DNA of 64,000 nt from the human T2T-CHM13v2.0 reference genome, Homo sapiens (GCF_009914755.1 NC_060932.1); one strand, 5' to 3'. Numbered from the stretch's first letter, positions 1 through 18,288 are shown. Numbers and translations: made by a program. Notes: generated by a model not told the origin, from the letters alone.

Positions 1-94
1 CTCCCAAGTAGCTGGGATTATAGGTGTGAGCCACCATGCCTGGCTAATTTCTTCATTTTTTGTAGAGACAGGGTCTCGCTATGTTGCCCAGGCT
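1..94 (-). mobile_element. Alu fragment cut by window edge
   Basis: ctcccaagtagctgggatta...gagacagggtctcgctatgttgcccaggct matches antisense Alu. Confidence 0.85.
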
Positions 95-327
95 ATCACC
101 AGGTATTTTTAAAATGAACTCAACGGACAAGACTTTTGTCATTTAAAGAGGCCAGGAGAAGTGTTATCAGAAAAGGGTGCCAGGGTTGGTGGGAGTGAGC
201 CCACCTGGCATTGTTTGCCATCAATGTCACCCTTCAATGTTTAATCAAGCCCCCCTTCCCCAGGTATGGGCCCTTTCCTAGCCTCTGTCCCTCATTCAGA
301 TCTATCTTCCCCTCACTTCTATGTTTC

Positions 328-1426
<1,099 letters not shown>

Positions 1427-1529
1427 TAGGTTGTATTCGGGATTTCAGATGGCTTACAAAAATACCAGATGGATTGGGCAAAATAAGAGGAGAAAAAATT
1501 TTAAGGCCAGGTTATGCCTTTAGCACTGA

Positions 1530-1895
<366 letters not shown>

Positions 1896-2007
1896 TAGGA
1901 ATAGCATATCTTGTTGTCTCTCAAAAGTGAGAACAGAGCGAAATCTCCCCCAGTGGGCCCAGCCAAGGAGCGCTGTTGCACTATCTCACCCGAGAAGAGT
2001 GCTCAGC

Positions 2008-2157
2008 TTTCTTTTTCTTTCTTTCTTTTCCTTTTTAAATAGAGATGGGGTCTCATTATGTTGCCCAGGCTGGTCTCAAACTCCTGGGCTCAAGCGATCC
2101 TCTCACCTCAGCCTCCCAAAGTTCTGGGATTACAGGCATAAGCCACGGTGCCCAGCC
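2008..2157 (-). mobile_element. FLAM/AluJ monomer
   Basis: Single left-arm Alu monomer with T-rich tail. Confidence 0.8.
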
Positions 2158-2187
2158 CAGCTGCTCTGTTTTCATGATAAGTGTTGC

Positions 2188-2214
2188 GGGGTTGGGGCCG
2201 GGGGTGGGGAGGGG
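2188..2214 (+). other. Predicted G-quadruplex motif
   Basis: GGGGTTGGGGCCGGGGGTGGGGAGGGG: five G4-5 tracts with 1-2 nt loops. Confidence 0.6.
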
Positions 2215-2645
2215 AGTGTTGTCGGATGGTATTTGGGTGATAGTTCCTTCTTTTGCGTTGTTTTTAATCCAATTCACAAGTTGACTCAAATAACATTGTC
2301 ATGGTGATTAACCCCTTTGGCAGAAATGAGAAAATCAAAAGCTGATGCAAATAGATAATGAAGAATCAATCCCAGGAAGAGGAAAGGGTGGGAGAGGCAT
2401 TTTACAGCTTATCAAGATCAAAGGACAGAGGCCATCTCTAAACAAAACCAAACCCTGAAACTCACCATCACAGAACTATGTCAAAAGGTTTCTGCATCCC
2501 CACTACGGCACCCATCACCATGACTAGCCCAGAGTATTTCCAAACGATTGCTATCCATCATATTTTCCTCAGCACCTCCTATTTGTAACTTAACAATATT
2601 TAACAACTGCTTCCTTGATCTCTTCTCTGGCTGACGGATTGAGGC

Positions 2646-2678
2646 TGCAGTATTTCAATTTGCCAGCAGGTGTCACCC
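2646..2678 (+). promoter_or_regulatory. Candidate CTCF site (core plus upstream module)
   Basis: TGCAGTATTTC-AATTT-GCCAGCAGGTGTCACC; the core is one mismatch from CCASYAGRKGGCRS, with a TGCAG module upstream. Confidence 0.5.
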
Positions 2679-3014
2679 CAGCTAACACGATTCAGAGAAG
2701 CCTAAAAATGTGAGGTTCTTTTTCCGTACACCTTTGATGGCACCAAAATGTGTGTGGGCAAGTGCAAAGTCCAAATTCCTAACTAGGACATCCCAGGCCC
2801 TTCATATTTGGCCCAACTCATGGTTTACTGCCTTAGTTCTTGCCAATTCAGGCACACATTCAATCAGCAGAGGTTTATTGAACATTCGTTATTTGTAAGG
2901 GGCTATCCGGGGGCTGGAAATGAAAAGATGACAGAGATTTCACCTCTGTTCCGGAGAATTGCATGGCTTACTCTGCCCAGGAGAGGGCTAAGCTGCTATG
3001 TTAAAACATTGGCA

Positions 3015-3330
3015 GCCGGGAGCGGTGGCTCATGCCTGTAATCTCAGCACTTTGGGAGGCCGAGGCAGGCAGATCACGAGGTCAGGAGTTCGAGACCAGC
3101 CTGGCCAAGAGACCAGCCTGGCCAATATGGTGAAACCCTATCTCTACTAAAAATACAAAAATTAGCCGGGAGTGGTGGCGGACACCTGTAATCCCAGCTA
3201 CTTGGGAGGCTGAGGCAGGAGAATTGCTTGAACCCAGGAGGCAGAGGTTGCAGTGAGCCGAAGGTCACACCATTGCACTCCAGCCTGGGTGACAGATCGA
3301 GACTCCAACTCAAAAAAAAAAAAAAAAAAA
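3015..3330 (+). mobile_element. AluS with internal 17-bp tandem duplication
   Basis: Full dimer; GAGACCAGCCTGGCCAA occurs twice (3092-3108, 3109-3125). Confidence 0.9.
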
Positions 3331-4290
3331 TTGACTAAGCTGCTACAACAAATATGTGTGCGTACATATACACATATATGCTATTAGACATTACGTAGCA
3401 TATACGTATAGATATACACATTATACATGTGTATGTATGTATGTATATTTGTCATAGCAGCTTAGCCAGTGCTATGGATATGGATAATTATATACTTATA
3501 TTTTGTATATATAATTATATATGATATATTTATATTAATTGCATATAATTATATATGAATGATATATATAATTATTCATATTTATAGCATTGACTAAGCT
3601 GCTATGGCTAAGCTGCTAAGCTGCTAATTTTTTTTTTTTTTTTGAGACAGAATCTCACTCTGTCACCCACACTGGAGTGCAGTGGTGCGATCACAGCTTA
3701 CTGAAGCCTTGACCTCCTGGGCTCAAGTGATCCTTCCCCCTCAGCCTCCTGAACAGCTGGAATTACAGGTGTGGGCCACCACACCCAGCTAATTTTTGTA
3801 TTTTTCATAGAGACGGCATCTCACCATGTTGTCCAGGCTGGTCTTGAACTCCTGGGCTCAAGCCATCCACCCACCTCGACCTCCCAAAGTGCTGGGATTA
3901 CAGTTGTGAGCCACCGAGCCCAGACTACTAATCTTAATTAGCAGCTATATATGAAATATACATGAAACACATATATTTCATAGCCAATGCTATGGATATG
4001 GATAATTATATATATAAGATATATGTTTATATTATATATAATTATATATAAGATATAACTTTATATCTATATTATGTATAAATAATTTATGTATACATAA
4101 TATAGATATAAAATTATGTTTATGTTATGTATAAATTTATTTATAAATAACTTATAAATTTGTACATAATATAGATATAAATTTATTTATATATAATATA
4201 GATATAAAATTATTTAACATTTATATATATAAAATTATCCATATCCATAGCATTGGCTAAGCATCTAAGCTGCTAATCTTAATTATAAGA
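3331..4290. repeat. AT-rich low-complexity block with serial inverted repeats
   Basis: (TA)-rich tracts bounded by reciprocal copies of GCTAAGCTGCTA and GCTATGGATATGGATAATT. Confidence 0.8.
3628..3923 (-). mobile_element. AluJ
   Basis: Antisense dimer with J-type motifs (ctcctgggctcaag). Confidence 0.85.
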
Positions 4291-4339
4291 TACAATTATA
4301 TATATGAGAGATACATAAGACACTGGATAAGCTACTCAG

Positions 4340-4720
4340 AGGTTTAAAGAATCTGAAATTAATTTATTTCTCAAGCAAAAGGCCAGGGGTGGGTGGTCCA
4401 GACTGGTCGGGCTACTCAGCTCCATCGGGTCAGTCGGGGCCATGGCTTCCTCCCATCCCCTTGGCTCACAGTTCCTAGGATGTTGTCTTTGGCTGCATGG
4501 TCAAAGCTGAGTCATAACCTCATCCATGCTTCACCCTGGAGAAGGGAAAGAGAAAAAGTGGAGGGCATGCAATTTGGCTTTTAAGCAAGAAACACAGAAG
4601 TCACACCTAGCACTTCTATTCACATTCTAGGGCATGGACCTAGTCCTATGGCCACATCTAGCTGCAAGGAAGGCTGGGAAATGTAGCCTTTTGCTAGGCA
4701 GTGATGAGCCTAGTTAGAAA
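4340..4720 (-). mobile_element. Old MaLR LTR (MLT1-type) remnant
   Basis: ggccacatctagctgcaaggaaggctgggaaatgtag motif typical of MLT1K/L. Confidence 0.55.
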
Positions 4721-4727
4721 TGTGGGG

Positions 4728-4958
4728 CAGCCTGGGCAACATAGCAAGACTCCGTCTCTGCAAAAATAAAGAAATGGACAAATTAGCTGGACATGGTGGT
4801 GGTATACACCTATAGTCCCAGCTACTCAGGAGGCTGAGGCAAGAGGATTGTTTGAGCCCAAGAGTTTAAAGCTGCAGTGAGCTATGATGGCACTACTACA
4901 CCCAAGCCTGTGTGACAGAGCAAGACCCTCTCAAATAAAATAAAACATAAAATAAAAG
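4728..4958 (+). mobile_element. AluJ, 5'-truncated
   Basis: Partial left arm, right arm and A-rich tail. Confidence 0.8.
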
Positions 4959-5527
4959 TGGGGCAACTAGCAGTCTAGTCAGAAAGCATCTCTCTCTTTC
5001 ACACCTCACTTTATTTTTAATTGACTTGTGAAACAACTTTGTATCTTCTAGAGTTGCCATCAGTTGCAATTGCATAGTTTAGAAATGCCAGTTCATAGAA
5101 ATTTCTGGTGAGTAGAATGTCCTGTAGCAGTTTACTGTGCACATTTCATGTTAATGAGACATCTATTACTTCCCCCTCAGGGATAACAAGTGTTATCACA
5201 ATGGCAATTAAGCGGATAAAATTCCAGTAAAATGAAACTTAGTATCAAGTTGTTGTCTACTCAAGAGAATGCAACATTTAAGTCAGCTGTTGAAGCACGC
5301 ATAGAAGCTAACCAAGCAGAAAAGAGGGAAGAAAATTCCAGAGTGTGAACAGCATGTGCAGAGACCTGTAGTCCTGTGGGAGACAAGGTATGTTCATTGT
5401 GTGGAGTGGGTATGTGTGTAGGGAAGGCAGGTGAGAGAGAAAACGGGGTGGAGTCAGGTTGTACCAGGCCTTATACATCAAACTAAGGAAGCTGGATTTT
5501 ACCCTGCAGAGTAGATGCTTTGGGGGT

Positions 5528-5885
5528 TGCATTAGTCCGTTCTCACACTGCTATAAACATACCACCTGAGACTTGGTAATTTATAAACAAAAGAGCTTTA
5601 ATTGACTCACAGTTCCATCTGGCTGGGAAAACCTCAGGAAACTTACAGTCATGGTGGAAGGAGAAGGAGAAGCAAGTACCTTCTTCACAAGGTGGCAGCA
5701 GAGAGAGTGCAGGGGAAACTGCCACTTATAAACCATCAAATCTTGTGAGAACTCACTATCATGAGAATAGCACGGGGGAAACTGCTCCCATGCTCCAATC
5801 ACCTACCACCAGGTCCCTCTATCGACACGCGGGGATTACAATTCAAGATGAGATTTAGGTGGGGACACAGAGCCAAACCATATCA
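5528..5885 (-). mobile_element. MSTA-type MaLR solo LTR
   Basis: tgcattagtccgttctcacactgcta...gccaaaccatatca, about 360 bp. Confidence 0.85.
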
Positions 5886-5973
5886 GGGGGTCCTTCCCAG
5901 TCCAAGAGCCATGACCCTGTCCAAAAATTCTGTCACTCCATGGGTTGGGGTCCAGGTAGCCAGTTGATAGATG

Positions 5974-6298
<325 letters not shown>

Positions 6299-7318
6299 TG
6301 ACCCTCACTGTCTTGCTCATAGTTAACTGACAGTTCCAGGGATAAATACCTGACCCAGGACAGGCAAATCTGATCCTTCCTCTCAGGAATCTGAAAATGG
6401 GATTGAAACCACTGCTTATTGCTGACCTGTGTCTAGAACAATAACAAATACACTGGAAACTGCGGGGCAGCCTTAAAAGCTATATAAGTGCAGAATCGGA
6501 CAAAGCTGGTCTGCAGGGGGACAGACAACCAAAGCAGGTGTGCAGAGCAAAGCAGGGATGAGAGTCAAGAAAGGCATATGTGGGTTTCCACCCAGTCTCC
6601 AATTCTTAGTTCCTTTTCCTCCCTGAGGCTGGGCAGCATTTTCCACTACTTGGGTTGCATAGTACCCCTTTATTGCCCTCTTTTCTTTTTTCCTTCAAAT
6701 AGCTTGAGTAATAAATTATTTACAGCATGGGCTAAACTGCTGCTGTTGCCCAAAAGACCCCCAAATATAGCTCCAACAGGATAGTTTACCTATTATATCT
6801 ATAGGCAGGCAGTCCAGGGAGGTTGGGGGCTCTGAGGCACTAGGACATCCAGGGAACCAGGCTTTTTCTGTCTCTGTTTCCCAGCAGTCCATGCCTTAAG
6901 GTATTGCTTTTCTCTGCAAGATCAAAGCTAGATCCCAGCACCACACCTACACACCAGGGAGGAATATGCTCAGGATTTAGAAGGGCAAGACTCAGAAATG
7001 GTATACACCACTTCTGCACTTCTGCTCACAACTCATTGGCCAGAACTGAATAATAACCCCACCTAGCTGCAAGACAGTCTGGGAATATAGCTCTCAGTTG
7101 GGCAGCTGAAATCCTATTCTATGGAAGAAGGAGAGAACAGATAACGAACAATTCACTGTCTGCCTGATGGTTTCTGTAAATTGCATTGCACCCAAAGAAC
7201 CCCAACTTGAGCTCTGTGTAGCTTTTCTTGACCGCTTCAAGCTGAGCTGATGTCTCCCTTTTCTGTACGTGGTTCTTAGCCCGTATCACTGCACTGTATT
7301 CATCTGTTTGTTGATTAG

Positions 7319-7653
<335 letters not shown>

Positions 7654-7840
7654 TCATTCATCTGTTAATTTATCTATATAGAAGAGACAGTTAGTGATCT
7701 CTAGTTTCTGCTCCTTCCCTCTTCCTTGGTAGCTAAGTCCCCCTCCCCCAAGTGTTATGTTTGGCACATTGCTAAATGGAATAAAGCTGACATTCGCCAG
7801 GCTCCCTTACTGCGAGGTATGGTAATATGATTCAGTTCTG

Positions 7841-8121
7841 GGCTGGGCGCAGTGGCTCACACCTGTAATCCCAGCACTTTGGGAGGCCAAGGCTTGAGCC
7901 CAGGAGTCTGAGATCAGCCAGGGCAACACAGTGAGACCCTGCCTCTGCAAAAATGACAAAATAGCTGGGTGTGGTGGCACAGCCTGTAGTCCCAGCTGCT
8001 CAGGAGGCTGGAGTGGGAGGATCATTGAGCCTGGGAAGTCGAAGCTTTGGTAAGCCATGATTGTGCCACTGCACTCCAGCCTGGGTGACAGAATGAGACT
8101 CCATCTCAGAAAAAATAATAA
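7841..8121 (+). mobile_element. AluJ
   Basis: Sense dimer; AGTTCTG flanks both ends. Confidence 0.85.
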
Positions 8122-8572
8122 AGTTCTGGCCAGTGAGATGACAGCTTCCAGGAAACCCTATAAAAGATAGCTGGCATGCACCCTTTGTCAATTCTTTCTC
8201 TCTTCCACATTTCTCTTGGTTGGAATAGCAGCTATGGCAGCTGCCTAAGACCATGAGATATCTTGGGAGTGGAAGCCATACATGTTACAGCAACAAGACA
8301 GAAGTCTTGGTTCACAACACTGTGGTGTGCCATAATATCTCTGGTATACTACATACATTATTTCTGAGAGAGAAAGAAACTATTTTATTTTGGGGGGATC
8401 TCCTTTACTCCCAGCCAAACCTAATCCTTATCCTACAACCTGTGTCCTTGAAATTTTCCAATGGACTACAAGCCCTGGAGAGCAAGGACTGATTCTTGTT
8501 CATCTGTGCATGTCTGGTGCCCTTTCTTCAGATTATATCCATGGATACGAGGCAGATTTCACTTTGACCTAA

Positions 8573-8969
<397 letters not shown>

Positions 8970-9342
8970 AACTCACTTTCTTACTCATGCAAGCATGATT
9001 TCAGGCCCACTCTATTCTGCTCAGATCCTCTCACTCTCAGGCGGACCTACCTGCTAAGATTCAGAGAAATCAAAGTGTTTAAGCCAATGGTTGCCTCTTC
9101 TTCCCGACACCAACTGAAAGGCTCACTTTTTCCTCTCCTTGCCTCTTGTTGTAGCAGGGGTTGCTGTTCCTCCCATCAAAGGTGAGGCTCTCATTCCTGC
9201 CTTGCATCTTGGCCAAGAGTCTTTGGTAGGAACATAGAACTGTCTATCATCCCTTCACTCTCCTGTCTCTATCTCCAGCTCTTTCAGATCTTTTCTACTG
9301 ATTCCATAGTATGCACAAGTCATGTTCAATAAGAACAAAACA

Positions 9343-9347
9343 ACACA

Positions 9348-9389
<42 letters not shown>
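9343..9389. repeat. (CA)n microsatellite
   Basis: Near-perfect CA run. Confidence 0.95.
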
Positions 9390-9390
<1 letters not shown>

Positions 9391-10165
9391 CCTTAACACG
9401 TCATCTCCACTCGTATCCCCTTTGCAACTAATCCTCTCCAAAGAGTGGTCCATACACTCTGTCCCATGGCCTCATTTCCTTTTCATTCTTCATCCCAATC
9501 AGCGTCATCACCCAAGACGTGCCTGTTGCTAATGTCAGCAGACGTGTTTCCATCCTCTTCTTTCCCTCTCAGCGGTGGTGAATCATGTTAGTTGCCATGC
9601 CTTGGCTTCCGGTGGACCTGGCCTCTTCCCCTCTTCCTCATACCTTTGCAGAGCCTTTTTCTTCTGCTCAGTTATTCAAATAATGGTTGGCCAGAAGACA
9701 CTAGATGCAGTCTTTCTCACTCTATCCTCTTCCCTACCTGACCTCCTCCTGTGGCTAATTTTTGTATTTTTAGTAGAGACAGGGTACCTTTTTTTTTTTT
9801 AATCCAGAGGAAGGGAATTGTAACACCTGTTTCACGGGGTTGTTGTGAGGATTAAATGATATCTACACAATGTGCCCAACAGAGTTCCCTGTGCATAAAA
9901 TTGCACATCACATACTCAGATACTCTTAGTCCCTTCTTCTTCCTGTAACCAAGAGGAACCAACCACCGGTGAACCACAAGACAGAGAATTCCTGACCCGG
10001 TCCTCAGCCACAGTCTGCCTGTACTTCCTGCTCTCTGGGTTTTCTTGGTGTTTACCTGCTGCGTGGTGGTCAAGGATGACATCCTTTTGATAACCCATGC
10101 TCTTTGTCTTACTCCTTTCTCAGTAAAAACAGAAAAGGTTACATGAATAAGAAATAGGACATCGA

Positions 10166-10489
<324 letters not shown>

Positions 10490-10525
10490 CTAGGCGAATT
10501 CTAAGACTGTCATCAATTACTTTCA

Positions 10526-10976
<451 letters not shown>

Positions 10977-11096
10977 TTACTAGACACAGTGGTTCTCAAT
11001 CTTATCAGTCCCAACTCCCCTAAATATATAAATATACTTTTATAGTATACAAATATGATAAATACACTATGTTTATTATCATCCTTGATATATAAA

Positions 11097-11469
<373 letters not shown>

Positions 11470-11846
11470 AAAATAAAAATTTTAAGTCAGTATATTTACT
11501 TTTGATAGGTATTGACTGGGCAGGACATGAGGGAGCCTTCGAGGGTGCTGAGAATGGATGTGTGTTGATGTGAGTGTTGGCTACATGACTACATTCCTAC
11601 ATAAAAAGCCATTGAAACCCAGGCATGGTGGCGTATAACTATAGTCCCAGCTTACTCAGGCAGCTGAGGCACAGGATGAGGATCACTTGAGCCCAGGGGT
11701 TCAAGTCCAGCCCGGGCAACATAGTAAGACCCTCATCTCTCTAAAAAAAATACCTCCTTGAACAAGGGATCTCTCTGTATTTGTTTTTGCAGCTGTATAT
11801 GAATCTACAATTATCTCCAGAAAAATCTAAATCAAAAATTAGATGT

Positions 11847-12143
<297 letters not shown>

Positions 12144-12925
12144 GATGCAGCTCATGGAACGTGCCTGCAGCTCTTGGGGTTCCTGCAGCTCTTGGGGTTT
12201 CTGTGTCTTTTTTCACTGTCCGAGCTGGACCTACGCAGCAGCAACCATGTCTGAGGGACCTACAGTTGGTATTGATCTTGGCACCACCTACTCTCATGTG
12301 GGTGTTTTCCAACACGGAAAAGTAGAGACAATTGCCAATGATCAGGGAAGCCAAACTACTCCAAGCTATGTCGCCTTTACAGACACCAAATGATTGGTTG
12401 GTGATGCCACAAAGAATCAAGTTGCAGTGAACCCCACCAACACAGTTTTCAGTGCCAAATGTCTGATTGGATGCAGATCTCATGATGCTGTTGTCCAGTG
12501 TGATATAAAGCAATGGCCCTTCATGGTGGTGAATGATGCTGGCAGGCCCAAGGTCCAAGGAGGAGACAGCGGAGAGACAAAAAGCTTCTACCCAGAGGAC
12601 GAGATGTCTTCTATGGTTCTAACAAAGATGAAGGACATTGCAGAAGCTGATCTTGGGAAAACAGTTACCGATGCTGTGGTCACAGTGCCAGCTGACTTTA
12701 ATGACTCTCAGCGTCAGGCTACCAAAGATGCTGGAACTATTGCTGGTCTCAATGTACTTAGAATTATCGATGAGACAACTGCAGGTGCTATTGCTTATGG
12801 CTTAGACAGAGAAAGGTTGGAGCTGAAATAATTATGCTGATCTTTGACCTGGGAGGTGGCACTTTTGATGTATCAATCCTCACTATTGAGAATGGGATCT
12901 TTGACATCAAATCTACAGCTGGAAC

Positions 12926-13228
<303 letters not shown>

Positions 13229-13246
13229 CTACACCCAGAGAACTCA

Positions 13247-13620
<374 letters not shown>

Positions 13621-14277
13621 GAAGGATGTCAGTGAGAACAAAAGAGCTATCTCACACCATCATATGGTTTGTGAATGTGGTAAGTATACTCTCTCTTCCA
13701 GCACCCAGGCCGGTATCGAGATTGATTCTCTCTATGAAGAAATCGACTTCTATACCTCCATTACCAATGCCTGATTTGAAGAACTGACCTGAAGAACTGA
13801 CTTGCTCCATGGCACCATCGACCCCGTAGAGAAAGCCCTTCGAGACACCAAACTAGACAAGTCACAGACTCATGATATTGTCCTGGTTGGTGGTTCTACT
13901 CATATCCCCAACCTTCAGAAGCTTCTCCAAGACTTCTTCAATGGAAAAGAACTGAATAGGAGCATCCACCCTGATGAAGCTGTTGCTTATGGCACAGCTG
14001 TCCAGGCAGCCCTCCTATCTGGAGACAAGTCTGAAAATGTTCCAGATTTGCTTCTGTTGGATGCCACTCCTCTTTCCTTGGTATTGAAACTGATGACGGA
14101 GTCACGACTGTCCTCATTAAGCACAATACTACCATTTTTACCAAGCAGACACAGAATTTCACTGCCTATTTTGACAACCAGCCTGGTGTGCTTATTCAGG
14201 TTTATAGAGATGAGCATTCCATGACCAAGGATTACAACCTGTTTGGCAAGTTTTGGGGTTTTTAATTTTTTTTTTTT

Positions 14278-14632
14278 ATGAAGAAAAGATGTTTATTTTG
14301 GCTCATGGTTCTGCAGGCTGTACAGGAAGTGTGGCGCAAACCTCTCGCTTATGGCATGAGCCTTAGGGAGCTTACAATCATGGTGGAAGGTGAAGGGGAG
14401 CAGTGTATCACATGGCAAGAGAGTGAAGAGGAAGATCCCAGACTCTTAAATAATGAGATCTCGCATCAACTAACTGAGCAAGAACTCACTCATCGCCATG
14501 GGAATGGTGCTAAGCCATTCATGAGGGATCCGTCCTCATGATCAAATCACCTCCCACCAGGTCCCAGCTTCACCTCTGGAAATCAAATTTCAACATGACG
14601 TTTGGAGATAGAAAACATCCAAACCACATCAC
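14278..14632 (-). mobile_element. MSTB-like LTR truncated at its poly(A) site
   Basis: ggctcatggttctgcaggctgtacaggaag...catccaaaccacatcaca; the terminal U5-like part is absent. Confidence 0.8.
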
Positions 14633-14868
14633 AAGGTCTCTAGATGGCTTTTCTCCCTGAAAAAGCTATTTCCATTTCTAAGTGTGATATATAAAAGAAA
14701 CATAAAGGAAAGAATTTTGAAATGCATTTTCATCTTATTTTATCACAAATTTATTGAGATATTATTCACATACAATAAACATCATTCTTTTAACGCATAC
14801 AATTTGATGTGTTTTGGTATATACACAGTGATATACAACTATCACTGTTTTCTAATATTACAATAGTT

Positions 14869-15277
<409 letters not shown>

Positions 15278-16534
15278 TCAATCTACTTTCTGTCTCTATG
15301 GATTGGCAAGTTTGAACTCACAGGCCTACTTCCTGCACTCCACTGTTCCTCAGATCGAAGTCACTTTTGACATTGATGCCAATGGCATCCTCAGTGTCTC
15401 TGCTGTGGACAAGAGTAGAAAAAGAGAGCACGATTACTGTCATTAATGACAAGAGCCATTTGGACAAGGAAGATATTGAGCTATGGCCCAGGAAGCTGAG
15501 AAGTGCAAAGCTGAAGATGAGAAGCAGAGGGACAAGGTGTCACCCAAGAATTCACTTGAGTCCCATGCATTCAACATGAAAGCACTGTTGAAGATGAGAA
15601 ACTTCAAGGCAAGATGAACAATGCAGACAAGCAGAAGATTCTTGACAAGTGTAATGAAATTATCAACAGAATCAGACCGCAGTGAAGGAAGAATGTGAAC
15701 ATCAGCAGAAAGAGCTGGAGATAGTCTGCAACCCCATCATTACCAAGCTGTACCAGAGTGCAGAAGGCATACCAGGAGGAATGCCTGGGGGATACCCTGG
15801 TAGTGGAGCTCCTCCCTCTGTCAATGCTTCCTCAGGGCCTACCATTGAAGAAGTTAATTAAGCCAACCCAAGAAAAGATGTAGCATTGTTCCACACAGTG
15901 AAAATATGGAAGGACTTAAATTTGTAGCAAATTCTGTGGCAGCTTTTAAAGTTCAGCTGCTATAGTAAATTACTGGGCATTCTCAATACTTGAATATGGA
16001 ACATGTGCACAAGGGAAGGAAATAACATTGCACTTTATAAGCACTGTATTGTAAGTGGAAAATGCAATGTCTTAAATAAAACTGTGTTTAATATTGGAAA
16101 AAAATGAGATGCAGGTGATTGTTATGTTAGATGTAATTTACCCTAATTTTTTAAAAAATGAGATGAAATTCACACCCATCAGATTGGCAGACATGGAGAA
16201 GTTTAATAATACTCAACTTGGCAAGAATGGACAAAAGGGAAATTCTTAAACACTTTAGGAGCATAAGTGAGTAAATTACTATGGAGAACAACTCAGAATT
16301 ACCTAGTAAGATTGGAAATGCAAATGTTCTATAAGCCAGAAATTCCAGTTCTAATAAACTATTGTGAAACACTCCCACATATGAACAAGGATATTTGTAT
16401 GAGACATTCTTTGGAATATTGTTAGTAAGCGTACAAAATTGAAAACAAAGTGTTCATCAGTGTCTCCTTTTATTAAAAAATGTTTAATTAAAAACTTTTA
16501 AAATTAAAAATATTTCCCCTTATTAAAAAAAAAG

Positions 16535-16700
16535 TAAGTAGTGTGTAAATATCAATGTGGAACAGGAAATGTGAATGGCAATGTCTAATTTGATTCCACG
16601 GTTTGAGGAACTGTGCATTGCTCAACAGGCACACATACCATTAGTAAGTAATTGTGGTTGTTTAAGAATAAAATTACAATTTTATTTTTCCTATTTAAAA
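16535..16700 (+). mobile_element. Charlie1-type hAT DNA transposon fragment
   Basis: atgtggaacaggaaatg...gcacacataccattagtaagtaattgtgg resembles the recalled Charlie1 3' region. Confidence 0.5.
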
Positions 16701-16961
16701 AGTCACATTTCCATGCTGCCTGCCAAAACTTAACAGATAACGTACTAGGTCATTAACACATCCTTGTCTATTTGAAAACCTCCAGACAAACAAGCAGATG
16801 AGCCTTGGAGCTTTGGCAATGGGAATTATTGCTTAGCTAGTAATAAACAGTGTTCTCAGAACTCAAAGATACTAAGGAGGGCACAGCCTTGAGGAGCCAA
16901 GGGTGATTGTTGGAAAATACCAATGCAACATTCAAGACACAGGAAGTTAAGAAGTGATTCA

Positions 16962-17081
16962 GGGTGCAGCACACCAACATGGCACATGTATACATATGTA
17001 ACAAACCTGCATGTTGTGCACAGGTACCATAGAGCTTAAAGTATAATAAAAAAAAATGTGATTTTTGATTTAAAAAAAAAA
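16962..17081 (+). mobile_element. Heavily 5'-truncated L1PA 3' end with double A tail
   Basis: gggtgcagcacaccaacatggcacatgtatacatatg...aaagtataataaa; TSD AAGAAGTGATTCA at 16949-16961 and 17082-17094. Confidence 0.92.
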
Positions 17082-17237
17082 AAGAAGTGATTCACATGAA
17101 CCAAGACCACACCATTGCACTCTAGCCTGGGGCACAAGAGGAAAACTCTGTCTCAAAAAAAAAAGAAGGTGATGCAAGACACTGATGTGACTATGGAACC
17201 CCTGTGGAACCCAGAATAGAATCCATCTATGGGGCAA

Positions 17238-17712
17238 TGTGGTAGCCATCCCCCAGTAATCCCAGCCTCCTGGTATTCACGCCCTTGTGTAGTCCCCTCC
17301 CACAGTGAATCAGAGTTGGCTCTGTGTGGCCAATAAAATATGGTAGAAATGATGGCATGTGGCTGTCAAGGCTAGATCATAAATGGTATTGCTGATTCCA
17401 CCTTGGTATCTTGGATTATTTGCTCTGTGGGAATCTATCTACCATATTGTCAGCACACTCAGAGAAACCCAGGGAGAGCCCCGTGGAGAAAGGATCTGAG
17501 GCCCCCAACCACCAGCCAGCACCAACTTGCCAGCCATGTGAACCACACTGAAGGTAAATCCTCCAGCCCCAGTGAAGCCTGCAGATAACTGCAGTCCCAG
17601 CCAACATCTGACTCCAACCTGATGAGCGACTCTGAGCCAGAACCACCAACTCAGCTTCTCTTGAATTCCTGACCAATAGAAACTGTGAGATAATAAATGA
17701 GTACTATTACTT
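17238..17712 (+). mobile_element. MLT1 (F/G-like) LTR
   Basis: cctggtattcacgcccttgtgtagtcccctcc...gaattcctgacc...gaaactgtgagataataaatg. Confidence 0.7.
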
Positions 17713-17942
17713 TGAAAAAATTCCTTGAGCTATACACTGAAGATTTGGGTACTTCAGCATATATGTTATGCTTCAATAAAAAATTATAAAATTTAATAAT
17801 TATTTAATGCAGAAAATAAATGTAATGTCCTAATTGTTATATAAAAGATACATAAAATAAAGACAATTTATGAAAGATACTTTAATATAAAAATGCTTGG
17901 CCACTACAACTCCAGAAGACCCAAGAAGGAGCTTAAGGCTCA

Positions 17943-18288
<346 letters not shown>

